A stretch of DNA of 56,100 bases from a virus (lineage: Duplodnaviria; Caudoviricetes). The notes under the pieces are model-generated. The model saw only the letters and a list, made by a program, of their open reading frames with translations. It searched no databases and was not told the DNA's origin. The stretch is taken from positions 1 through 56,100 of IMG/VR virus record IMGVR_UViG_3300032397_000015, one strand, 5' to 3'. The position numbers and the translations under genes were made by a program. Positions 46,805 through 55,676 of the stretch are shown here, in pieces (position 1 is the stretch's first letter; each line of letters opens with the position of its first letter).

Positions 46805-49800
46805 TTTCCGAAGTTAGCCTCTACGTGTTGGGCAGGCGGGGCGGCTGGGGAGGAGGTGCCTCCTGGCGGTGGGGGCATCCCGCCACCAGACGTACCGCCG
46901 CCGCCAGAGACGCCAGGAAGCGACGAGATGCGCTTATCCATCGCTTGAATCATGCTGGCGGTGCGCTGCAGTGACTTGTTGATCGCGGTCATCGCCTGCT
47001 CCTGTTCGCCGAAGCCGATGGCATGGGAGGCGGAGGCCGGGCCATGGCGCTTAGCCTTCAGCTGGTCGGTAGTCTTGATCTGGCCGAGGACGCCATCTGC
47101 GATGCTCTGTCCCTCCGTGGAGAAGTCCTTGTCAATCTTGGCCATCTGCTTGGCCTTGTCCGCCTCCGACAACTTCGGCAGAGGGACGCTGAACCAGCCC
47201 AAGTCCATCGTGCCGGTTCGGATTTCCTGTGCCTGCCTGTCGTGCTTGGCCACGCCGTCCTGGGTGTGGAACCTCTTGGTCACGTCGAAGTCCTTCATGT
47301 TCAGCTTCGCGACGTCTTCGCCGCGATGGTGAATCAGGTACGACTCATAGGCCAGCTGGGCCTCGGTGTTGGCGCCCTTGAAGTTTCCTCTGCGAATCAT
47401 GTCCTCGACGCCACCCTTACCTGACCAATGGTCCTCGCCGCGCATTCCCTTCGCGGTGACGGTGGAGGCGTCTAGCGGACGTCCGTCGCCAAACGCCCTG
47501 GCGATTACGTGGCTGTATACCTTGTCATAGGCCTCCAGGGTGTCGGCTCCTGCGGCGCCCAGGGCCGCCGTGATCTGCAGGGCTTGACCCTTGAGCTTGT
47601 CCATGGGAACGCCTAGGGCGCGCAGCGTAGCGCCCTGTAAGTCATTCTCTCCGATCGCCCCGTTCTCAAGGCCCTTCATCGCCCGCGCCCTCTCCTTTGG
47701 ATCCTTGATGGCGCTGAACAGCGAGCGCGCGTTGGCGTTGAACACGATAGCCGCATCCCTTGCTGCTTCGGCGCCAGGGTCCTTGGCGATGGTCTCGATG
47801 TTCTGGCCCATGGCCATGATCAGACGGTCCTGCGTGGAGAGATGGTCGCCGGTCTTGCTGATGTCAGCGCTCGCCTCTAGCTTGATCCTGCCGGACGCAT
47901 CCGGATCCATCCCAACCTGGTAGGCGATGTGATCGGCGTAAGACAGCTCCTTCTTGGTCAGCGGCAGGCCTCCATAATTCATGGCCGCAGCTTGATACTG
48001 CTTGGCATCCCAACTCAGCCCGCCGGCTTGAATGGTTCCAACTCCAGCTGCGACCGGGGTCATTCCGGACAGGCGAAGCGCCGTCTCGGTCATGGCCGTC
48101 GCGCGTTTGCTGCCACTCGTCCAGCCTAGCGTCATCCCACTTAGGTCCGCTCCTGCCGTCCTGGCAGCGGTATCTGGATCGAAGTCGATGTATCCCATCT
48201 TGGCCTTGATGCCCGCCTCAGTCTTGTCGTAGGCGGCGGCACCCTCCATGGTGCGGCGACGGATCCCTTCTTCGGTGGACTCGAAAATGTTGCCGATTCC
48301 GTTAAAGACATCGCCTATGACGCCCGCGGCGGCACGAGCATTTTCAACAACAAGGCCAACGCCTGCTCCGACGATGGCGCCTGGAATTCCGCCACCAAGC
48401 ACCGCTCCTGAGATGGCGCCCGAGACCGCGCCGCCCAGTCCAAAGCCGGGGCGGTCATCGCCCGGGATGGCAGACATAGTGGCGCCCAGCCTGGTGTCCT
48501 GGCTCCCATCGGCCAGAGCGGCAATCTGCCGACGCTTGGTCTCAGCGCTCGATCCACCGCCGCCGGGGCGGTGCTCCAGGCCGCCGATGTACGCTTCGGC
48601 CTGTGTGCCGGTCATGCCGTACATGTTCATCGCGGCCATACGCTTGGCTTCGTTGCCGGACATTCCCGGCATCAGGTCAGAGATGATGTCGCTCATCCCC
48701 TCGATCTGATTCATGGCCATGGCTCGGATGCCACTAGAGCCGATGCTGCGGCGATACTCGTCGCTGTGAACCTGGAACTTGCCCATGTTGGAGATCATGT
48801 CGCCGCCCTGGGACATGGCGTCGAGGGCCTGTCCGGGCAAGTCCATCATGCCCCCCAACGGCTGACCACCTCGAGCGGCCATCAGCTGCATCATTCCCAT
48901 GGGGCTGGAGGCCGCCGCCAACTGCGTTCCGCCGATCAGCGCCGCGACTCCGGTGCGACCGCCAAGAATCGTCATCTCCTCACCGGAGATGCCGGACGCC
49001 GACGCCTGACCGAGGGCCCCGGAGAACAGCTGCCCGCCCTGCGCCCCGGTGAACCCCATGCCACGGGCCGTGGAGGCTCCCATGCCGTACATCATCGAGC
49101 CCAGGCCGCCATCGCCGCCGACGCCAGTAGCGCGCATAAACCCCTCTTCCAGGGTCAACCCCTTCTGGGTGGCGTTCTTGATGACCTGGGTGGCCTGCGA
49201 GAGAGAGCCGTGCACCATCTCCGCCCCCTCGCGGATGGCGGCGGCATAGTCCATGTACTGCTGCTTTGCCTTACCTGGATCGGTCGAGCTCGGAAGCATC
49301 CCATTTTCGCGAGCCAGGGCCATGATGTCGCCGAACTGGTTCGGGTCCATCTTGATAGACATGGAGGCATCGCGCGCAGCCAGCCCCAGCTCTGCCTGCT
49401 GCGTTCGCGTAAGATTCCGGCCGGAGCCAACGATGTCTCCCATCTCCTTGGCCGTCCCAACCCCTTGCCCGATGTCGGCAAAGTGGGCTTGGATCTTGTC
49501 AGAGACATAGTTCATCGCGACCAGCCCGAGGCCCACGCCGCCGGCCAGCCCGCCGATAGCGGCACCGGCGCCGGCTGCCTCGGCCCCGAACATGCTCGTC
49601 GCGGCAGCGCTACCGGCCCACCCACCGGCTGCTGTGCCGACCCAGGACCCGGCTCTGTCGGCAATGAGACCGCCGCCAATGGAGGCGATCGAGCTCTGCG
49701 CCGCCATGGAGGCCGCCTGGCGAGCCTGGATGGACCGTTCGATGTTGTTCCCGGTAACGGCCATGGCGAACTCGCCAGCCGAGACGCCGGGCGGGGCCAT

Positions 49801-50127
49801 GCGCCCCGCCATCGCCATGCCATCCGGGCCGGCAACCAGGCCCTCCTGGGCTAGCGTAGTCTGCGCCCCCTGCATGCCGTAGTGCGGCGAGTAGGCAATG
49901 GCGGGGTCCGTGTAGGTGCCACCCCGCCCGCCGCCCATCCCGCCCATCGCCCCCATCATCTGGTTCATGCCAGTGGAGACGCCGCCGCCGAAATTGGTCT
50001 GAGCCAGGCCACCGCCGCCGAAGCCACCGCCGCCCAGGGCCATGCCGACCTGGGAACGGATCTCCGACAGGCCAGACATGATCTGGCTGGTGTCGAGGCG
50101 TGCGACGTAGTTGAACTCAGTAGCCAC
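46801..50127 (-). CDS. Tail tape measure protein
   Basis: 1108 aa, Gly/Ala/Met-rich with hydrophobic GxxxG stretches; lies between chaperone-like genes and tube-initiator/hub genes. Confidence 0.75.
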   Translation of the reverse strand: MATEFNYVARLDTSQIMSGLSEIRSQVGMALGGGGFGGGGLAQTNFGGGVSTGMNQMMGAMGGMGGGRGGTYTDPAIAYSPHYGMQGAQTTLAQEGLVAGPDGMAMAGRMAPPGVSAGEFAMAVTGNNIERSIQARQAASMAAQSSIASIGGGLIADRAGSWVGTAAGGWAGSAAATSMFGAEAAGAGAAIGGLAGGVGLGLVAMNYVSDKIQAHFADIGQGVGTAKEMGDIVGSGRNLTRTQQAELGLAARDASMSIKMDPNQFGDIMALARENGMLPSSTDPGKAKQQYMDYAAAIREGAEMVHGSLSQATQVIKNATQKGLTLEEGFMRATGVGGDGGLGSMMYGMGASTARGMGFTGAQGGQLFSGALGQASASGISGEEMTILGGRTGVAALIGGTQLAAASSPMGMMQLMAARGGQPLGGMMDLPGQALDAMSQGGDMISNMGKFQVHSDEYRRSIGSSGIRAMAMNQIEGMSDIISDLMPGMSGNEAKRMAAMNMYGMTGTQAEAYIGGLEHRPGGGGSSAETKRRQIAALADGSQDTRLGATMSAIPGDDRPGFGLGGAVSGAISGAVLGGGIPGAIVGAGVGLVVENARAAAGVIGDVFNGIGNIFESTEEGIRRRTMEGAAAYDKTEAGIKAKMGYIDFDPDTAARTAGADLSGMTLGWTSGSKRATAMTETALRLSGMTPVAAGVGTIQAGGLSWDAKQYQAAAMNYGGLPLTKKELSYADHIAYQVGMDPDASGRIKLEASADISKTGDHLSTQDRLIMAMGQNIETIAKDPGAEAARDAAIVFNANARSLFSAIKDPKERARAMKGLENGAIGENDLQGATLRALGVPMDKLKGQALQITAALGAAGADTLEAYDKVYSHVIARAFGDGRPLDASTVTAKGMRGEDHWSGKGGVEDMIRRGNFKGANTEAQLAYESYLIHHRGEDVAKLNMKDFDVTKRFHTQDGVAKHDRQAQEIRTGTMDLGWFSVPLPKLSEADKAKQMAKIDKDFSTEGQSIADGVLGQIKTTDQLKAKRHGPASASHAIGFGEQEQAMTAINKSLQRTASMIQAMDKRISSLPGVSGGGGTSGGGMPPPPGGTSSPAAPPAQHVEANFGK

Positions 50128-50128
50128 T

Positions 50129-50482
50129 CTATCTCCTGCCGACCGGCTTCTTCTGTTTCAGAACGTTCTTCATTCTCCCCCAAGATCCCTTCTCGAGCGA
50201 GTTTCCCACAGGGACGATCGAGTATGCCTTCTCTTTCTCTGCCTCCATGATTTCCATGGCTCTCTCGACCGCGTTTGCTCGCTCCTTGCCGACCTCTGGG
50301 AACATCTCCTCGATTAACTTACGCAGCGCTCCTTGCGCCTTGTCTGGATTCACTGCCGCCGTGCAGACCGCGATGGTCTGGTAGAGGCTGATTCGCTGCT
50401 GTTTCCTCCACGCCGCAATCGCTAGGCTCTCACTGAGGCTGCCGTACTCAACGTCAGTCCCTTGGACCAGGTGGAGGTACAC
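50129..50482 (-). CDS. Tail assembly chaperone second ORF (GT-like), possibly expressed by -1 frameshift
   Basis: Immediately upstream of tape measure. Its frame is open upstream past the stop of 50506-51186 and is -1 relative to that gene. Confidence 0.6.
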   Translation of the reverse strand: MYLHLVQGTDVEYGSLSESLAIAAWRKQQRISLYQTIAVCTAAVNPDKAQGALRKLIEEMFPEVGKERANAVERAMEIMEAEKEKAYSIVPVGNSLEKGSWGRMKNVLKQKKPVGRR

Positions 50483-50505
50483 CCGCGCCCATCCCGAGGG
50501 AGAGC

Positions 50506-51186
50506 CTAGGACCCCGAGAAGGAGTCTTCTTTCTTCAGGTGGTCGGTCAGGGCCTGGTTGAACAGCGTGACCTTGCTAGACACGATGTCGACGAAGCCTG
50601 ATCCGCGCTCTTCGAACCACTTCATACGGTCGGTTAGCGATTCGCCGATCGACTGCCCGTCCAGTTTCTGGACCGCCATAGCGGCAATGGCCATCGCATT
50701 CATCTGCCGCAGAAAGAACTCGCTAACCTGCTTCTCTTTGCCATCTTTGGTCTTGGACCAGTCGCCGTTCATGATGAACGTGTCGATCTCCTTGAGGTCC
50801 TTGGCCTGCGACGACCTGACTGTGACGATGTGACTACCCAGGACCTTGAGGTCGCGGACCACATAGCCGCGGAAAATATAATCCTGTACATCGGCATCGG
50901 TGAAGGCGGCGATGCCAAGCTTCTTCTCGATGCCGCCATGCAACTGATCGAACCCGCATTTGGCACAAAAGGCGGCGCTTCGCGGAACCTCTGCGCGACA
51001 GAAGGTGTTGCGGCAGCTCAGGTCTTCCGCGGCCTCTGCCACAGGCGCGGCCTCCACCTCTGCCGCCGGACGTGTCATCCGCTTAACATTCTCGGGAGCC
51101 GCTGAGCCAATTCCGGCTGGCATGCTCGGCTGGCGTGACTTCTGCTTATCCAGCTGCTCTTGGATATCCGGGGGCAAGTTTGACAT
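50506..51186 (-). CDS. Tail assembly chaperone-like protein with Zn ribbon
   Basis: CRNTFC...FCAKCG; AAAGGA RBS; two genes upstream of tape measure. Confidence 0.65.
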   Translation of the reverse strand: MSNLPPDIQEQLDKQKSRQPSMPAGIGSAAPENVKRMTRPAAEVEAAPVAEAAEDLSCRNTFCRAEVPRSAAFCAKCGFDQLHGGIEKKLGIAAFTDADVQDYIFRGYVVRDLKVLGSHIVTVRSSQAKDLKEIDTFIMNGDWSKTKDGKEKQVSEFFLRQMNAMAIAAMAVQKLDGQSIGESLTDRMKWFEERGSGFVDIVSSKVTLFNQALTDHLKKEDSFSGS

Positions 51187-51222
51187 ATCGATCCTTTTGA
51201 TTCACCGGGTTGTAGCCGGTCC

Positions 51223-51251
51223 AGTGTAGGCCGCGACGACGGCCCGGTCAA
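51223..51251 (-). promoter_or_regulatory. sigma70-like promoter TTGACC-N17-TACACT
   Basis: Heads the tail operon, about 37 nt upstream of the 51186 start. Confidence 0.75.
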
Positions 51252-51268
51252 CGCATCCCCGGTCGTCC

Positions 51269-51284
51269 GGCATAAGGAACTCAA
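51269..51284 (+). promoter_or_regulatory. GGCATAAG motif (variant GGCATAAG-GAAC-TCAA)
   Basis: Directly upstream of the AAGGAGG RBS of the first gene in the right-hand plus-strand block. Confidence 0.7.
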
Positions 51285-51294
51285 GGAGGATTCC

Positions 51295-52425
51295 ATGTCC
51301 CGGTACACCATTTCTCAGTCCTATCAACCCACCCAAGATGAGCTCAACCGCTGGGCTCGGGAGGCCGAGTGCTTCGCCCACCAGGCCCCGAATCCCAATG
51401 CCCCGTCCAGCAGCAACGCGGCTCGAGGCTGGGGCGTCGCGCGCGACCTCAAGCCGCCGGTCGATGCCGTAGCCTTCGTCACCGGCATGTTCAAGCGCGA
51501 CGTTGGCGGCGTTCCGACCAGCGCCGAACTCCGACCGGAGTTCATGTGGTCGATCTTCAGCATCTGCATGGCCCACTTCCTATGGATGCGAACCCCGCCA
51601 GGGGCCGAATGGCTGATGCGCCTGTTCGGCGTGGAAGAGGTTCCACCGTTCACGGCGGCGTACGTCTATCACTACCTGGACCGCTCCAGGCTGATTGCCG
51701 GTGAACCGACTCGCGTTCTGCTCGATGAGGGTAGCGGTGTCCAGCTGCGCATCTTTCGGACCTGCGAAAGGAAGCTCGATCCGCCCATCACCTCACAGCA
51801 CGACGAGCGCATCGCCGCCATGCAGCAGATCTTGCGCAACCACCGCGACCCCAACTCCAACGAGCTCATCGCCGAAGGTACGCCGGACATGTACCACTGG
51901 GTCAGCGAGCAGCTCCAGGAGTGGTTCCTGGAGACCAAGGCGGACCCGAACTGGCCCAGCCGGAAGCCAGATCGCATCACCGGCCATCAGTGGGCCAAGT
52001 CAGTAGAGCGGCGGCCCGGCGTCCCATTCTACGAAGCGCTCCACTATGTGGAGCTCCACAAGGGCCGATGCTACCGCATGAAGGATTCACAGGGCGGCGT
52101 CCTGTGGTGCGGCGGAAGTGACATCCGGTTCATGTTGAAGCCGGACTATCACCGGGCCAACCAGGACATGTCCGAGCATCAGATCCAGTCCGTCTACAGC
52201 TGCTCGAGCTGCCGAAAGATTCGGCCCTGCACGCCGGTTACTGGCGGCCAACACATGTGCTGCCACTGTCTGGGGACGGTCTCGGAGCGGGAAGATCGCA
52301 AGACGCTCGACTGGTGCACGATGAAGGAGTGTTCGCGCTGTACCGACCACATCGAAAACAACTCAGACCTGATCAACCTCAAGAACAGACTGAACAGGGA
52401 GGCCGCCTTCCCCGTACGGAGATAG
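51295..52425 (+). CDS. Hypothetical protein with C-terminal Cys-rich Zn-binding domain
   Basis: 376 aa; CSSCR...C...CCHC...CTMKECSRC; AAGGAGG RBS. Confidence 0.8.
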   Translation: MSRYTISQSYQPTQDELNRWAREAECFAHQAPNPNAPSSSNAARGWGVARDLKPPVDAVAFVTGMFKRDVGGVPTSAELRPEFMWSIFSICMAHFLWMRTPPGAEWLMRLFGVEEVPPFTAAYVYHYLDRSRLIAGEPTRVLLDEGSGVQLRIFRTCERKLDPPITSQHDERIAAMQQILRNHRDPNSNELIAEGTPDMYHWVSEQLQEWFLETKADPNWPSRKPDRITGHQWAKSVERRPGVPFYEALHYVELHKGRCYRMKDSQGGVLWCGGSDIRFMLKPDYHRANQDMSEHQIQSVYSCSSCRKIRPCTPVTGGQHMCCHCLGTVSEREDRKTLDWCTMKECSRCTDHIENNSDLINLKNRLNREAAFPVRR

Positions 52426-52433
52426 GGTGACGC

Positions 52434-54416
52434 ATGCGAGCTCTGGTCGAGAAGGGGAGGATCCAGATCCACTTCGAAGGAGATGATGAAAGCATGATCA
52501 GGCAGCAGGAAGCCCTGCTGTCGATCGGCTCGATCACCTTCTCCGAAGTGGAGCTCGGCCGCGCGTCCTGCGCGCTTAGCGTACAGAATTTCAAAAAGCT
52601 GCGGCTGGCCGGCTGCAAGCTCGGCGACGACGACCACACCCGAGCGGTCGTTGCCAAAATGGCGGCCGGGCGGGGCGTCTATGACGAGGACACGGCCCGG
52701 GCGGCCAAGGCCAAGGCTGGGGTAGTTCTCGTCCAGAACTACAGCTTCAAGCTGCCGCCGTTCGACCACCAGAAGATCGGGTTCCAGTTCCTGCACTCGA
52801 TCAGGGAAGCTGCTTTGTTCGGCGACTGCGGAACCGGCAAGACCTTCATGGTCCTGACCTTCGGCGACAGCCTGCTCAAGGCCGGAGAGCCTTGGGTATT
52901 CCTGGTCGTCTGCCCGGTCAACCTGATCAAGCACGTCTGGATCGAAGACGCGGGCAAATTCTCAGACCTGACCACGCTGTCCCTGCGCGAGAAACCCACC
53001 ACCGTCTCGGCCAAGGACTGGAGAGCCGGAGCCGACAAGAAGGATCCGGGCGCCAAGGCAGCGGCGATGGTGGCGGCCAAGAAGCGTCACGGGGCCAAGC
53101 TGAAGGACCGGTTCGGGCAGGACGTCGACCTCTACGTCATCAACCCAGAGAACATCCGGGACGCCAAGAAGGAGAAGCGAGTCGTCGATCTCTGCAAACG
53201 CAGGCGGGCGGCTGGGATGCAGGTCTGTCTGATCATCGACGAGAGCTCCAAGCTGAAGAACCGAGCATCAGCTACCTACAAGGCGCTGACGCGCATCCGG
53301 GCTTACTGCGAGCGCTGCATCATCATGACAGGGACGCCGTCTCCCAATGGAGTCCTGGACCTTTGGTCGCAGTTCTCGGTGCTCGATGGCGGCAAGACTC
53401 TCCATCCTTCGTTCATCGACTACCGGGCCGAGGTGGCCAGGGAGATCACGCTACGCGGACTCAGCTATGTCGGGCGCGGAGGCAAGAGCATCCCGGTGAC
53501 CAAGTGGGAACAGCGTCCCGGGGCAGCGATGGATGTCTATCGGAAGATCGAGCCCAGGATGATCAGGTTCCGTACCGAGGATTGCATCGACCTGCCGCCA
53601 ACGCGCTTCATCATGCGCGACGTGACCATGAACGCGGAGCAGTCGTCGGTGTATGCGGACATGGAGGACATGTTGTTCGCCGAGCTCGAGGGGCAGCCGA
53701 TTACCGCCAGGGTCGCGGCGACCAAGCTCCTGAAGCTTCGTGAGGTGACGGGCGGCTTCGTCATCGCGGACTCGGGCAAGGAGATGCCACTGGGAGCGGA
53801 CTCGCCCAAGATGGTGGAGTTGGACGAACTGCTGGAGCAGTCCATCGCCGACAAGATCGGCGACGACGGCCCGCCGTCCAAGGCCCTCATCTGGGCGCAG
53901 TACCAGTGGGAATGCAAGACGCTGGTCAAGAGATACGAAAAGCTCTACGGAGCCAAGGGGCTGTTCGGTGGCATAAGCAGTGGAGGGAAGGACGCTGCCA
54001 TCAAGGCGTTCAAGGAGGATCCGGCTTGCCGAATCTTGGTCTGCCACCCTGCCAGCGCCGGCCATGGGCTGACACTGATCGAAGCCAACTACGCCTTCTA
54101 CTACTCGATGTCCTACAACTTCGAGGAGTTCTACCAGAGCTACCGCCGCATGACCCGGCCGGGGCAGAAGCGGCACATGACCTACTACTTCCTGGTAGTG
54201 CCGGACACGATCGACGAAGAACTCGTCGACGCTATCCGCGCCAAGAAGAACCTGTCCGACCTGATCACCGACGGCAAGTTCAGCCGAGATGAGCTAATCG
54301 GAAAACGGGGAGACCGCCCCACAACCATGTCCGTCGACTGGGAGGTGCCGCTTGCATCTGACGCCGATCCGACTCGACGAGCCGCTCCAGGAGAAGATCC
54401 TTCAGACCCTGCTTGA
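52434..54416 (+). CDS. SNF2/SWI2-family (SF2) helicase/ATPase
   Basis: GDCGTGKT, VVCP, IIDESS, MTGTP, GHGLTL and YQSYRRMTRPGQ motifs. Confidence 0.92.
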   Translation: MRALVEKGRIQIHFEGDDESMIRQQEALLSIGSITFSEVELGRASCALSVQNFKKLRLAGCKLGDDDHTRAVVAKMAAGRGVYDEDTARAAKAKAGVVLVQNYSFKLPPFDHQKIGFQFLHSIREAALFGDCGTGKTFMVLTFGDSLLKAGEPWVFLVVCPVNLIKHVWIEDAGKFSDLTTLSLREKPTTVSAKDWRAGADKKDPGAKAAAMVAAKKRHGAKLKDRFGQDVDLYVINPENIRDAKKEKRVVDLCKRRRAAGMQVCLIIDESSKLKNRASATYKALTRIRAYCERCIIMTGTPSPNGVLDLWSQFSVLDGGKTLHPSFIDYRAEVAREITLRGLSYVGRGGKSIPVTKWEQRPGAAMDVYRKIEPRMIRFRTEDCIDLPPTRFIMRDVTMNAEQSSVYADMEDMLFAELEGQPITARVAATKLLKLREVTGGFVIADSGKEMPLGADSPKMVELDELLEQSIADKIGDDGPPSKALIWAQYQWECKTLVKRYEKLYGAKGLFGGISSGGKDAAIKAFKEDPACRILVCHPASAGHGLTLIEANYAFYYSMSYNFEEFYQSYRRMTRPGQKRHMTYYFLVVPDTIDEELVDAIRAKKNLSDLITDGKFSRDELIGKRGDRPTTMSVDWEVPLASDADPTRRAAPGEDPSDPA

Positions 54417-54684
54417 TGGCTCGGCATCTACCTCGCAACTCTCGCAATACACCAAGCGCAAGCTGAGCCTGGTTCGCCGCGAGCTCATTCACCTGCACCA
54501 CCTCGGCATCATCAAGATCGTCGCCGTCCACGATGTCCACGGAGGGATCCCAGCCAAGTCCTACTTCCGGGACTACGTTTGGGAGATGACCGACCATGGG
54601 CGGCGCCACGACAATCTCAGACGTGGATGCTTCGCCTGCACCATCCGCAGCCTGCGGTTACTACGAGCCGGAGGACTAGCATGA
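54352..54684 (+). CDS. Winged-HTH-like DNA-binding protein
   Basis: GGAGG RBS 6 nt before a TTG start; QEKILQTLLDGSASTSQLSQYTKRKLSLVRRELIHLHHLGII. Confidence 0.6.
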   Translation: MHLTPIRLDEPLQEKILQTLLDGSASTSQLSQYTKRKLSLVRRELIHLHHLGIIKIVAVHDVHGGIPAKSYFRDYVWEMTDHGRRHDNLRRGCFACTIRSLRLLRAGGLA

Positions 54685-55433
54685 ACACATCGGCCGCGCT
54701 GCGACTGCTGGCGGCGGCGAACGACGATGCGGTCCTGGCCTCCTGGGCGGCGGTGTTCGACGAGCACAAGATGTCGCCTGAGTGCGATGTCTCGCCATAC
54801 GACTGCTGGGAGGTGCTCCAGGGGTTCCTGTCATCAGGCGTCCTGTCGCCGCTCGAGTACAACAGTGTCGACATGAAGCAGGCGTTCTTCGCCGGAGGGA
54901 GACCAACCAACGACTCTATCCAGGTCGTCCTCGACCGATTGAAATACCTACGTTCCAACCGAGAAATCAAAGAGGAGGTTTACGTGTCCAGTACGCCGCA
55001 TCAGTTCGAGGCTTTCACAAACGGGTCTGGGCTGGCCACCAGATCGGACTCAGCCCTCTCTGGTCCTCCTCGACCGAGTGCTGCATTGCCCCAGGCGAGA
55101 GTGGCGCCGGGTGGGATGATCGCCATGCAGCCACAGCAGGCAATGCCGGCTCGCGATTTCAAGGCAATCGCCAGCGCCCCATCGCCGCAGATGCCCTGCC
55201 GCAGTGTCGATGCCAAGCTCTACCGTGGCGTAGACGGCGAGATCAACGTGCAGCTGCTCTGCTGTAACCAGGAGATCTCGCTGATCGCCGACGATGAAGA
55301 CATCATCGACGACGAGATGATCGACGGCGAGGAGTACCAGATGCACGAGTACATGTTCCACGGCGAGTGCAAGTCATGCGGATCGATCTTCCACAACAGC
55401 ATGGCGCGGTCGGTTCCGCGCGCAACCTACTAG
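54681..55433 (+). CDS. Hypothetical protein with C-terminal Zn-ribbon-like motif
   Basis: Start at ATG 54681 (GGAGG RBS, ATGA overlap); LCC...CKSCG. Confidence 0.75.
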   Translation: MNTSAALRLLAAANDDAVLASWAAVFDEHKMSPECDVSPYDCWEVLQGFLSSGVLSPLEYNSVDMKQAFFAGGRPTNDSIQVVLDRLKYLRSNREIKEEVYVSSTPHQFEAFTNGSGLATRSDSALSGPPRPSAALPQARVAPGGMIAMQPQQAMPARDFKAIASAPSPQMPCRSVDAKLYRGVDGEINVQLLCCNQEISLIADDEDIIDDEMIDGEEYQMHEYMFHGECKSCGSIFHNSMARSVPRATY

Positions 55434-55440
55434 GGGCGCG

Positions 55441-55659
55441 ATGTTCCGCATGCGTTCGGACGATGAGCTCGTCCGCTATCGGATGCGCCCGCCCTGTCCT
55501 CGCTGTCCGCGCAAGACCTGGCCGACGTGCGGGCTCGATGGACAACTGGTCTTTCGCTGCTTCGTGCACGGCCACTGGGTGCCCGACGTGGTCGAGGATG
55601 ACACGGGGCACCGACTGCCATTCTTCCGCTGGCGCATCTACGACTGGAGATTCCTCTAG
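55441..55659 (+). CDS. Small Zn-finger-like protein
   Basis: CPRCP...CFVHGH, 72 aa. Confidence 0.55.
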   Translation: MFRMRSDDELVRYRMRPPCPRCPRKTWPTCGLDGQLVFRCFVHGHWVPDVVEDDTGHRLPFFRWRIYDWRFL

Positions 55660-55676
55660 GTGTATGCTGCGTCGCA

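Noticed and set aside
29-49854. Long plus-strand ORFs antisense to real genes (e.g. 29-1144, 4396-6024, 10054-11694, 48571-49854)
   Set aside because: Shadow ORFs from high-GC codon bias; Arg/Gly/Val-rich with no motifs or RBS, and they overlap well-supported minus-strand genes.
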